Source of the DNA: Leucoraja ocellata
Taxonomy: Eukaryota
Direction of reading: 5' to 3'
Length of the DNA: 64,000 nucleotides
NCBI GenBank assembly: GCA_036785375.1
Contig: JAWMAR010000632.1
Span: 496,001 to 560,000, forward strand
Part shown: in pieces, positions 12,461 to 23,903 of the stretch
How the letters are laid out: every line of letters begins with the position of its first letter
Position numbering within the stretch: position 1 is the first letter of the stretch
Notes under the pieces: model-generated
The model's input: only the letters and a program-made list of their open reading frames with translations
What the model was told of the DNA's origin: nothing
The model's database searches: none
Program-made: the position numbers and the translations under genes

Positions 12461-13280
12461 GTCTAAAGGCTTCACTTTTATTTTACTGGCCTGATTCGCT
12501 GCTGCCACGAAGCAATGTTTACTAGACTAGAGACACAGCATGTAAACAGGCCCTTTGGCCCACTGAATCCGCACCAACAGGTGATCACCTATTCTATTCT
12601 ACACACACAAGTTCTATTCTGCACACTAGGACCAATTTACAGAAGCCAATTAACTTACAAACCTGCACATCTTTGGAACTTGGAAGGAAACCGAAGCTTT
12701 AGTTGATTAGAAAGGGATGAATAGAGATCATTTCAAATATTGTCAAAATATTGTTCTACATTTATAATGATTAAATTAATGAAAACCTCTGGAAACAACC
12801 CAGATTTAAAAGAGGTACTTCCAGTACTGTGTCTCGCATTATCAGAAGAAAGAACATATTAGACCCAATTGTCTTTTTTCGGTTGGTATTTTTGAAAGTA
12901 AAACTCAATATTACAAAAGATACAAAACAGTAATGTTTGGTAATAAAATACCATCCTCAAATAAATTATTCAAGCAGTAGTTTGCACAGACCATTTTCTA
13001 GAAATTCATTTGCAAATATTTCCTTTTGTTGAAAACGTGACTAACAAAATAGTCAGATGCACATTCAAATATGCAATAATGTTAGTGTTGTAATGTGATT
13101 GGAATTCCAACCTGTCTGTTTTTACTTTTTTAAATGGTGTGGGTTTGAACTTCGCACTGAGATTCAATTTGTATCTCGATAATAGAACTCCTCACTTTCT
13201 GTTTGGAAATGTCATGTGATGAATAAGGTTATGGTTGAGACTGAAGACTCCCATCTCTGGCTAATGCTTTCCTTAAATGG

Positions 13281-13360
13281 AGGGGAAGGAGTTGGGAGAG
13301 GGTTGGGAGAGGGAGGGAGGGGGAGGAAGGGGGAAGGAGAGGGAGGGAGGGGGAAGGGAT
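13281..13360 (+). repeat. G/A-rich polypurine tract (G-quadruplex / H-DNA potential)
   Basis: Many GGG+ runs separated by 1-4 nt, almost purine-only. Confidence 0.7.
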
Positions 13361-13849
13361 GAACAAACCATCAGGCTCTTAAACACTATGCAGCACTTAC
13401 ATCAACTATGGACCTCTATGCACCATCTTTGATTTTACTAAAGACCTTGGGTTTTTTATTGTACTGGTATTGTATACATAAATATCCTTCTGTCACCACT
13501 GAGAGCAAACTATGGTTTAATAGCCTGATTTTACATGTGGCTCAGGATAAAGACCATTTTTTAATATAACAAAGCTAACTTCTACTTACATGCTAAATGT
13601 CTTCAATGTGGTTGCATCATGTGGCTAGATTAGTTTGTTATCCTGATTTTATATTGTCTTTGCAATTGGACATGTCATGGGAGGAAGTGAAGAATGGTTA
13701 TAGTTCAAAATGTGTTCCCACAATATTACATCCAAATCATATTTATTTACAGTTTAAATGTCAGGTGTGCTTCTCATTTATGCTGCTGTTTCAGAACCCG
13801 GTTCTGTGATGAGGTATAGCAATCTCATTGACCTCACACTTCCAAGAGA

Positions 13850-14270
13850 TAGAGTTATGTAGCGTACAAACAGGCTGTTAGGCTCAACTTGCCCAGGCTA
13901 ACCAAATGTCCCATTACACTAGTCCCACCTGCCCACGTTTGGCCCATATCCATCTAAACATTTCCTACCCGTGTACTTTTCCAAATCCCTTTAAAATGTT
14001 GCTGTAGTACCTGTCCCAACTCGGCTGGAAGCTAATTCCATATACCCACCACCCTTCATATGTGGAAAATGTTGCCCATCAAGTTCTTATTCGGTCTTTT
14101 TTCACTCACCTCTGTCCCATGGTTCTTGATTCTCCTACTCAGAGTAAAAGACTCTGTGCATTTGCCCTACTATTCCCCTCATACTATACACCTCTATAAG
14201 ATCACCTTTCATCTTCTTGCGCTCCAGCGAATAAAGTCCTAGCCTGGACAATCTTTCTCTATAGCTCAGT
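13850..14270 (-). mobile_element. CR1/HER1-like LINE 3' fragment
   Basis: LSYRERLSRLGLYSLERKKMKGDLIEVY on minus strand, plus tail. Confidence 0.85.
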
Positions 14271-15082
14271 ATCAGGTTTAGGCGTGTTATTGTCACATGC
14301 AACAAGGTACAGTGAAAATCTTCATTTTGATTTCTGAGCAGATAAAACTTACACACATTCACTCAAGCTGAACTCAACTACAACAGGTAGAGCAAAGGGA
14401 AAGATGAAGAATACAGCAGATAGTTCTCAAGCCTGCCGAATGATGGATATAGATAAAGTGTGCATAAAATTTGAGTTACAATGTAGGAAAATGTTGACTG
14501 CAATTCGCAAATTGCTTGCTGATGATGCAACCAAATTGTCAGTGTATTTGGGACAGCCAACGCACTTCCCTTGAAAATACATCACCACTGCTTACATGAA
14601 GCTTCTTAAAATCCGCAAGTATTAATGTGGCAGGCTGATGATATTCTACTTACAGTGAGTTGAAGACACTATTCATGGCACTGTCAGATGGAACTAATGC
14701 TTACATTAAATGCATCTTCTTGCATGCTATGCTGTTTGGAGTGACTGCTGGATAGACATTGAGCAGATCATCCTACTTCTTCATCTAGAATATGATGGCT
14801 CATTCTAATCGACAGAAACACACTTCCCTTCAGCCACAAAATAGCAGTCCAGAATCTGAACTGCATTTGCAACTGTGTTGCATTTCCTAAAAGTATATTC
14901 AAGAGATCATAAAAGCGCAAATATAAAAGAGTGGGGATAGTTACTTTGTTCACATTGATTTACATTAGCTGTAAGGTACAGCAACACTTCACTGACAGGC
15001 TTAATGGACCTTGCGTGAATCTATTTCTAAAATCAACAATGCTGACCAAAACACATTGCTCCTAACTTAGATATCCTTTTAA

Positions 15083-15786
15083 GGGCCTGTCCCACTTAGG
15101 CGACTTTTTATGGAACTTCAGGAGACTATGCAGTCACCACATGGTTGTCACATGTTCGCGGGATGTTACCGGGTAGTCGCCTTCATGGTCGTGAGGAGTT
15201 CCCGCATTCTGGGAACTGGTTGTGCCCTCATTATGGTCACTGCAAATTTTTCAACATGTTGAAAAATTAGCGGCGACCAGAATTAAGCCGCTATGGAAAG
15301 TAGCGAGAATTCTCGTGCCGTAAGTGCAGTGGTAGTTGGTTGCCAGGAGGTCGAACATTGTCGTAGGTTTTTGTAGGTTGTAGCCGGTGCTGACCAGTGA
15401 ATTTCATTCGCTCATTGGGAAAAAGAAACGTAAGCAGTAGTTTTCAAAACCAAGGATAACCAACCGGTAATGGTAATGTCCGCCGAGCTTCACAGCCGTG
15501 TATCTCTGGCTTATTAAAAGTTGTCTTCATTCCTTCTCCCCCTCTCCCCCCCCCCCTTTAAAGGACTTCCCGTACACTGTGCTTTCACCATCTTAATTAC
15601 AGCGCCAACCTTCCTGTTCATCGCGGTGTGTGTCTGTATCACATTGGCTTTGCACTGTGTGAACTTCACTCAGACAACGCTCTCCGTGCTTGCCCTGTCC
15701 CCCGCCTGCACAACGTGCTGGTGAAGGAAGTGATGTGTGTATGTGTGTGTGAGTGGCCTGAAAAATCGCCTAAGTGGGACAGGCCC
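15083..15786. mobile_element. Non-autonomous TIR DNA transposon (PIF/Harbinger-like or Kolobok-like; superfamily uncertain)
   Basis: Perfect 21-bp TIR GGGCCTGTCCCACTTAGGCGA at both ends; left flank ttaa, right flank attc (TSD not preserved); internal 24-bp palindrome 15245-15268. Confidence 0.8.
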
Positions 15787-16220
15787 ATTCATATAATTTA
15801 TGATACTGGATGTTTTAAATTAAAACAATGGCAGGCATACTTATCACTGAAGTAAATTTGACAGGTGCTTTTGAATGGAACAGGGCACAGTTTGCAATAT
15901 TTGTAGAAGAGTGGAAAAGCATTATAATGGAGATATGCAAAAGACAGTTTCCCGCATTTATAATGTGTCACAAAAGCTTTCATCAGCAATTGGTAGTGTC
16001 ATCGTATAATGTCATGTTGCATTGTAAACAGACCAGAAAATGCTTGTAACGTGCATATTCAAATTTTAAGTTTGTTTCCCTGGCAACTTAAAAAAAAAAA
16101 AAATCCAATTGTGCAGGTTTGGATTCTATCACAATAGAAATGTTTTCAAATTCAAGTTAATTTGCTTACTGTCAAATAATTTGAGGCCACATTTATATCT
16201 GCCTTTGTAAACTTATGCTC

Positions 16221-16522
16221 TTTAGTTCAGTTTAGTTTAAAGATACAGCGTGGAAACAGAACGTTGGGCCCACCGAGTCCGCGCTGACCAGTAATCCCCG
16301 CACACTAGCACGATCCTACACCCGCTCGGGACAATTTACAATTTTTACCGAAGCCAATTAACCTACAAACCTGTACGTCTTTGGAATGTGGGTGGAAACC
16401 GGAGCACCTGGGGAAAACCCACACAGTCACAAGGAGAACATACAAATTCTGGATAGGCAGCACCTGTAGTCAGGATCAAATCCGTGTCTCTGGCACTGTC
16501 AGGCAGCAACTTTACTGCTGTG
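16221..16522 (-). mobile_element. HE1-like SINE
   Basis: Well-preserved tail, V-domain and head on minus strand. Confidence 0.9.
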
Positions 16523-17000
16523 CAATTATTAGTTGCAAGCTCCAAGCGAATATCATTACCCTTAACAAATTGGATTTTAAGATAGTGAAATAAACAGTTC
16601 ACGGCAAAGGACAGAAAATACATATTAAAGTGAATCAAATCTTGGATGGATAAAAAAATGGAAGGAAAGGCTGGAATAAGTACTAAGAAAAATTAACAAG
16701 ATTAAACAGTAATAGTTATGTACATAATATATATTATGCACTTACTGTATGTATGGCAATAATCTTACTGATCTGTATGCAAAAAAATGAATTTCACTGT
16801 ACCTGATGCATGTGATAATAAATGAACCATTGAGTATTTAGTGAGACAATGAAACTTTTCTAATTGTTAATTTTCAGTATTGGAAAATTAATCATTATTA
16901 CATATCACGTTGTTGAAGGGAAATGTTAAATGAAGAATGAATTATTTCTTCAATTTGAGGCATTCTTATTTAAAAATTTAAATCAGAAATTTCAGGCATT

Positions 17001-17239
17001 CACTGCTTGGCTGTGGGCCGAGGAGCTTTTCCGTTGAAGATGGTGACCCAACTCACGGAACTACCTGAATTTTTAACATATTGTGTAAAAATATTATATA
17101 AATCATACCTGAAACTCGTCAAGACCAAAGCCGGCACATTTTTTTTAAATATGAGAAAAACCTCAAATTTTCAGAGTAATAATTGCCCAATCAATGCACG
17201 TTTGACATTGAGGTCGGACGCAAATTGACCAACCCCGTG
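17001..17239. mobile_element. Possible DNA-transposon end fragment (CAC...GTG termini)
   Basis: Right end reads CACGGGGTTGGTCAATTTGCGTCCG on minus strand; CpG-rich relative to flanks; no matching left TIR. Confidence 0.3.
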
Positions 17240-17422
17240 CTTTGTTTTATGGTCGCTAGGTACTGGCACTGCCCCAATCCCACTATGGCTATGACCCCCA
17301 CTCTGGACACTGGCAGTCAGTCAGGTTTAGTAAACAAGGGAACCCACAGCAACTGCCCTCACCCATTCAATCGGCTGGTTCAGGAGCTGGACCTCTGCGG
17401 CAGTCTCATTCAAAAAACACAC

Positions 17423-17636
17423 TGTGGCGGCTCCTAAGGGTCGTCCCATTATACTGCCGAACCCCTCGGCACAGGAGTGGTGCAGTCCGGAGGTGGTCCT
17501 TAGCCGGAGGGTATAAAAGGCAGGGTTTGGGTGCCATCTTTCCCTGGTTTCGTCTTCCCCTGAACCGGGAGGAATTAAAGTAAAGTGCTTCTCAAACTTC
17601 GGACTACTTGCCTCATTTTGAGACCCACGCACTACA
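17423..17636 (+). mobile_element. Solo LTR of a Gypsy family related to 53338-54987
   Basis: TG...CA termini, 4-bp TSD ACAC, TATAAAA and ATTAAA signals; 5' part tgtggcggctcctaagggtcg..gaacccctcggca matches the LTRs at 53338 and 54787. Confidence 0.85.
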
Positions 17637-17724
17637 ACACTCACAATTATATTCATTATTATTTTTATATAATATAATTATATATGATTACAGTCATATT
17701 CACAAGTCACACACACACGCACAG

Positions 17725-18575
17725 GAGAAGGGGCGCCGTCCTGTATGGCTGCCAGTCCTGCAGCTGTCCGTTTTTTTCACTTCCTTTTTATTATTTTTAG
17801 TACGTTAAAGTATGTAGTTGGGGGTCTAATCTTTTTATGTGTGGGGGTTTTGGGGGGGGGGGGGGGTGGAGGGGGAAACTGGTTTTTCAAGTCCCTACCT
17901 GGTCGGAGAGGCTGCCTTCCTCCGAGCAGCACCTTCGACCCGTCCTCGCGGCCTACCAGCGGGGCATGGAGTGGTGTTTCCTTAGGGGACCTGGCCAGAA
18001 CTCGGCTTCGGCGGCAGCACAGCACTGGAGCGCTATCGCGGAGCAGGCGATGCCTTGCCTGGCTCGCCGCGCTGTTACTCCGGTATGCTGGGAACTGCCG
18101 ATTAAACATCGCGGAGCTGCAGGTCTGTGGAGCGCCAGCTGCGGGCGGCGGCACTGAACTTTAAATCGGGAGCCTGGGATCTCCTGCCAAGATCGCCAGA
18201 GGTGAAGCTCCATCCAGCAGGACCTGTTAGCTTGGAAGCCGCGGTCTCCAGTAAGGAAGTGGACGTTCCAGGCACCCCAAGCCGCTGAGAGGGTTCTGAT
18301 GCCGGAGCACCACCACCTGGTGAGAGGGCCTGAAACATTGGGCCTCCGTGGCGGCGACTGTGGAGGCCTCAATAGGCCTGACCATGGGTGGACAAGAGGA
18401 TGGGGACTGGACTTTGTGCCTCCCCCCCACAGTGGGAACCATTGTGGGGGGATGTTTTTATGTTTTAATGTTAAACTTCTTCTTTAATGCTATGTTGTAT
18501 TTTTTATTAGTGTGCTGCAAGGACATCTGAATTTCCCCTGAAAAGGGGATTAATAAAGTATTTATTATTATTATA
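17725..18575 (+). mobile_element. Unclassified GC/CpG-rich repeat with LINE-type 3' stem-loop and (TTA)n tail
   Basis: Sharp GC-rich island; ends atttcccctgaaaaggggattaataaagtatttattattattat; ORFs low-complexity and unrecognised. Confidence 0.55.
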
Positions 18576-19612
18576 TATAATATATATATATTTATATGGT
18601 ATAATAATATATGGTTTAAATAGACTGCAACACGGAAATAGGCTCCCCTTGGTATAATATGGGCATTGGACACTAGATGGGGCTTACTTTTTTCAAATCT
18701 CATTTTCTAATTAGTTTAATTATTTAATGTGCAACTTTTGGCACTGACGAGTTGTGACTTTCTTCTCAATTATATTTTATCTAAATCTGCGCAAACTTTC
18801 ATGTGGTTCCGAGACAGGGGTCACGAAAGTTGATTTCTCGACACATTTTGATGCTCGGCCCACAGCCTGTGTACTTTAATTACATGGCAGGGAGAAGTCA
18901 TTTTAACAAAGCTCACATCTCAAGTAGCAGTTTTTGTATTTCTAGTTTGATCACTCATCTTCCCCTGCACCAATATTTGTTTCAGTTTAGTTTAGGTTAA
19001 TTTATTGTCACGTGCACTTAGTTTCTTTGAAAAGGTTTTTGTTTGCGTGCCATCCAGTCAGCGGAAAGACTATACATGATTACAATCAAGCCGTCCACAG
19101 TGTCCAGATATAGGAGAAAGGGTAGCGCTTAGTGTGATATAAAGTCCCATTAAAGACAGCAACATCTGGCAGGTTTTGATGGCACATGGAGAGTTCTCTA
19201 TCGTTTTGTGAGTTTCTGTTCATCCTATCAAACATTCAAAGACCAGATGCCTGGAAGGCCACCTATATGGCGGACTTGAAGTAACTCTATTAATCATTTT
19301 AAAGCACTGTAACACTCACAAGGTGGCATTTGTTCTTGTGTTCAGTGCTTGAGCACTATTAATATATCATGAGTGAATCAATAACCTATCTAAAATATAT
19401 AATACTGGCGCAGTTTAAATACAGAGCTAAGTGGAACTATGATTTGAACACGTTGTTTCAGTCCCTGTGGTCTTTTCCAAAGCAAATTTACTTGCTGTCA
19501 GAGAAGGAAAAGAAATGTGGCTAAGGGGGGAAAGACACTAAATCTTTGGTGCATTTTGCTCACAGTGGGACATTGGTTATGAAAGAACGTGGGGATATTA
19601 AAAGTAAGAACA

Positions 19613-20115
19613 TTAGTTTAGAAATACAGCTGAAACAGGCCCTTTGGCCCACCTCGTCCATGCCGAACAACAATCACCCGTACACTGGAATTATCCCAAG
19701 GGTTCCCAACCTTTTCCGTCCCGTTTACCCCTGGCAACTTTAATAGCACATAACATTGTTATTTCACTTATTTATGAACAACTATTGATGGAAGTATACC
19801 AGAACCAAACACAGTCAGTCAATGAGAACAAATATGTACAAATCCAGAATCAACAAATTTACCCCCTGGGTAGGCAAAATGTATCCCCTATGGGGTAAAT
19901 TTATCCCAGGTTAGGAACCCTTGTTCTATCCTATTTACAGAAGCCAATGAACCGACAAACCTACATATCTTTGGAACTGGGAGGAAACCAGAGCACCCGA
20001 AGGAAATCCACAAAGTTAAAGGGAGAATGTACAAACTACGTACAGCAACACTCTTAGTCAGGATCAAACCCTGGTCCCAGGCAGCAGCTCTACAGCTGCG
20101 TCACTCTGTCGCCCA
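19613..20115 (-). mobile_element. HE1-like SINE interrupted by a hAT MITE
   Basis: SINE sequence resumes at 19924 after the insertion. Confidence 0.8.
19697..19923. mobile_element. hAT-type MITE
   Basis: TIRs CAAGGGTTCCCAACCT / AGGTTAGGAACCCTTG; tttacccc subterminal repeats; degenerate 8-bp TSD aattatcc / ttctatcc. Confidence 0.75.
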
Positions 20116-20852
20116 CTGTGCAAATTGTTAGTAATTTGCAATTCAGGAACCTCCAACCAACAAGACACTTTATAGGAATACCTGAAGCCACATCCGTATT
20201 CACTCATTTTAAGAGGCATATTTTTCACTAATCTGCTTAACTAAAAATATCTCTAAAGAATTCTGGAACATGTTTTGTACGGTTAATGTAATTACTGGGT
20301 TTTGGACTCCTGTCAATTCCACTGCATTGCGTCACCCTCCGAGTGAAGAATACAGATTACATTGAGCAATGGTCTTGTTGAGGAATAATACACTTCATGG
20401 TCGTTTGATTGTTATTTTTATAATGTAGCACAGAAAACTACGAGAGGTTGTCTGCAGTTACAATGCCCCACATATAAACTCCATGCTATTCATGTTTTCA
20501 GTGAACTAAGAATGAACCCGAGAGAGGTTGTGTAACTCAACCCTAATTATGCATCTGTCTAAGTCTGTTTGTTCATTGTTCTCTATTCACTAATAGAGCG
20601 CCTTCTCAGAGCTCTGAAAGGGAAAAAATACTGCCGGCTGAGAACAAAGCCAGCAAAATCAAGGCAGGGAGATGGTGAGAAATATGTGAAGTGGCTATTT
20701 AAAAAAAAAACACTGCTAAATCTTTAGACCGTAAACAAACAGGAGCAAGTAAGGCAAGCAAGTCAATACCTACTTCATACCTGGTTACCACCTTCATGAA
20801 ACTATGAGCCACACCCCTAAGTTTGACTCTGCCCCATCATCTACTGTTGTAG

Positions 20853-20965
20853 GTACACAAAATTGCTGGAGAAACTCAGCGGGTGCAGCAGCTGCTGCAC
20901 CCGCTGAGTTTCTCCAGCAATTTTGTGTACCTTCGATCTTCCAGCATCTGCAGTTCCTTCTTGAA
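20853..20965. mobile_element. Young fold-back Penelope pLTR-end insertion
   Basis: Perfect 82-bp palindrome 20851-20932; 15-bp direct repeat catctactgttgtag at 20838-20852 and 20966-20980; lies in an old CR1 fragment. Confidence 0.85.
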
Positions 20966-21567
20966 CATCTACTGTTGTAGCCCTGGTTTTTCCTACCAAG
21001 AAATCTGAATTTACCTTGCATTTATTGGAATTAAACACCAACTGCCATTCCTCGGGCCATTGGCTCAGTTGAACAAGATCCCATTGTAATTATAGATGAC
21101 CTTCATCAATGTGCACTGTACCAGTAATTTACAAGCTTACTGACCATACCACATACGTTCACATCTAAATCGTCAAAGCAATTATTAAAATTCAGGAACA
21201 GCTTCTTCCCAACAACCATCAGGCTATTGAACATTAAGAACTCCAACTAAACCCTGAACTACAAACTACCTTGATTGTACTAGGGACTTGAGGGCTTGTT
21301 TTTGTCTTTGCACAATATTTTTTTATTTTGTTTCGAAATGCTGCATTGAACTTCTTTTTCTTGTTTATTATGGTGTCTACTAAGTACTACATTTAGATAT
21401 CTGGTGTGCCACTGCAAGTAAGAATTTAATTGTTCTGTTTCGGGCCATATGACAAAAATCCACTCTCAACTTAAACAACAGATAAACAGGAACTTGAAAT
21501 GACACTCACGAAAGAGAGAGGTTGCATCAATTATGCATCATAAAGAGGGGTGAGGGGGAGTACTACA

Positions 21568-21860
21568 GGGGCTGTGCCACTGTACGAGGTAATTCAAGAG
21601 CTCTCCCGAGTAAAAAAAAAATCAAACTCGTGGTAAGCACATAGAATGTACATAGCGGGTACGTCGGAGCTCGGGACGTCTCTTAGCGGCTCGTAACACT
21701 AATGGCAGGTACTTGGGTATTGCGGTAAGCTCGTGAAGACTCATGAAGATTTTTCAACATGTTGAAAAATGTCCACGAAAGCCCGAGTACCTACGAGCGG
21801 CTATTACCATAATTGTAATTCTCCGCGTTCGAATCAGGGGAAACTTGGGAGAACTCTTGA
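21568..21860. mobile_element. Palindromic MITE (right end truncated)
   Basis: Starts ggggctgtgccactg; tcaagagctctcccgagt is inverted to acttgggagaactcttga; 22-bp palindrome at 21749-21770. Confidence 0.65.
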
Positions 21861-22208
21861 CAAACAAACAAACACAGACAAACTATGAACAGGTTGGATT
21901 AATCTGCACAAATGAAGACAACACCAGGGGGTAACTCATACTTGCATTATTGTAGAATTGCAGAAAAAGCTAGTACCATGGGACCTGAAGTTACTGTTGG
22001 GAGTGCAAGCTCATTGAAACACACAGACTGCAGTAATGCATGGCACTGCTAAAATCTGTTGCATGTCTGGCAAGCTAATCTTCTGTTATTCTCATTATAT
22101 GCCATCTTATTTACATTGATTTACATTCTATTATTTGCAATGTTGCTTAGTTTTAACAAACGTATGATAGGAGTCCTGAGTTGTTCTGATCTTTAAATCT
22201 AAACCCCT

Positions 22209-22512
22209 GGTTTAGTTTAGTCGCGAGATACACCGTGGATATAGGCCCTTGGGCCCACCAAGTCCACACTGACCTGCAATCACCCATACACTAATTCTAT
22301 TCTACAAACCAGGAACAATTTACAGAAGCCAATTAACCTCCAAACCTGCACTTTTTTGGAATGTGGAAGGAAACTAGAGCACCCGGAGCAAGCCCACATG
22401 GTCACAGGGAGAATGTAGAAACTCCATACAGACAGTTTCCAAAGTGACGATCGAACCTGGGTCTCTGGCGCTGTGAGGCAGCAGCTCTACCACTGCGCTA
22501 CTGGGCCACCCA
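22209..22512 (-). mobile_element. HE1-like SINE (full length)
   Basis: gtttagtttag tail through ctctaccactgcgctactgggccaccc head. Confidence 0.9.
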
Positions 22513-23765
22513 CTTACTGTTGCCAGCACAAGATCATTGGAGCACACAGGCTGCAGCAGTTCATGGTATTGTTCAAATCTGTTGCATGCCTAGGCAGGCA
22601 AATCATATGTTATTCGTGTTATATGTCAGCTTTTTTTGCATGGTTTTACATTCTATTAGTTGCAATGTTGCTCAGTTTTCATAAACCTGTGAAAGGTATC
22701 CTAGGGAGTTCCGTTCTTTGAGTCTCAACCGGTACATTGCCACACACAAACAATAAGTATCAGCACGAACTGCTATTGTGAGATTGATAAATGCTGTAAT
22801 TTTTTGGTTTCCCTGTCAACTCAGTCATTAATGCAATATGCAAACATCCAAATGGTTTATAAATTACCAAGCCTATTCTGACATGCCTAATGGCCAAATT
22901 ACATATGCTCAAAGTATTTGTTCCTCATTTGCCAATCCATCTTCTATATTTTGCATTTATGTCTGACCTAATGCAACTCTCAATTATTTGCAGCAGTTTT
23001 GATTCATAACTGCCATTGTATTGTATTTAACCTATTAATTATATTTGCTGATCCATTAATAACTAACAATGGCCAAAACGGCTTCTACTTCCAAGGGTGG
23101 AATTGCATGAAATTTATAGCACAAATTATGTTACTGTCTCAATTGTTTTGAAGATAGTTATTACTGTATGTTTAATAGGATCAAGGGATATAGTGCATAT
23201 CTGTGCTTTTAATAGTTGGAACATATCTCAATGCACTTTCAATAAATAGCTTGCTTCAAAATTTGTATATTGATGTTCTCAAAGAAAAAAAACCTACAGT
23301 TTTAGACAAAATGTCTTCATTTTACTGCCCAGGAATATTGGAGATATTTACTCAGAGAAATTTGCAGCTTTCAACCATCTCTACTTTGGCGCTGTAAATG
23401 CAAACCGGGGTGTGTGTGTATGTACCACTTTGCTTCCTGAAGTCGATCACTATCTTCTTTGTCTTGCTGACGTGGGACTAGGAAGGAGAGCAAAAATGAT
23501 ATGCAACCAGAAGCTTGAGATGGGAGCATGTCGCTACTCTGCAAAACGGATTATTCTCCCTTTTCTTCCCGCTTTATTCCTCTCCCATCTACGGTGCATG
23601 GGAGGCTGAGGGGTGTGGAGCATAGATAAGGTGAATAGTCACAGTCTCTTCCCACAGGGTAGTGGAGTCCAAAACTCAAAGGCGTAGGTTTAATGTGATT
23701 ATGTTACGAGGCTGTTAGACTGCAGCAAGTTAGAATTACATTGTTATGTTGTCGATACATATACC

Positions 23766-23819
23766 AGGGTGGGAGATTGCAACCTTCACATGGTCAGCCC
23801 TGTTGTGACGAATGCAATC
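23766..23819 (+). ncRNA. Minimal HDV/CPEB3-like self-cleaving ribozyme (slightly decayed)
   Basis: P1 AGGGTGG/CAGCCCT, J1/2 GA, P2 GATTGCA/TGCAATC (7 of 7), P3 ACC/GGT, L3 TTCACAT, J1/4 GT, vestigial P4 TGTGA, J4/2 CGAA (putative catalytic C23809); helices in canonical order. Confidence 0.7.
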
Positions 23820-23903
23820 AACCTGGCGTGCACAATCAAGTAGGATTAAATAGAACAAGTTGCCCTTCAACTTTAGGCTGTGCACGGCATACGCAAGAAG
23901 AAG
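23767..23903 (+). mobile_element. Short non-autonomous retroposon with 5' HDV-like ribozyme and CATACGC(AAG)n tail
   Basis: TSD tacatatacca (23756-23766) / tacatatgcca (23904-23914); inserted in a Rex1-type tail; no tRNA A/B boxes. Confidence 0.75.

Noticed and set aside
17745-18442. Multiple overlapping 100-140-aa ORFs on both strands
   Set aside because: Low-complexity products of a GC-rich repeat with few stop codons
20597-20674. 78-nt plus-strand exon-like segment (aatag|...GATG|gtgaga)
   Set aside because: No recognisable protein in either open frame; such signals arise by chance in 64 kb
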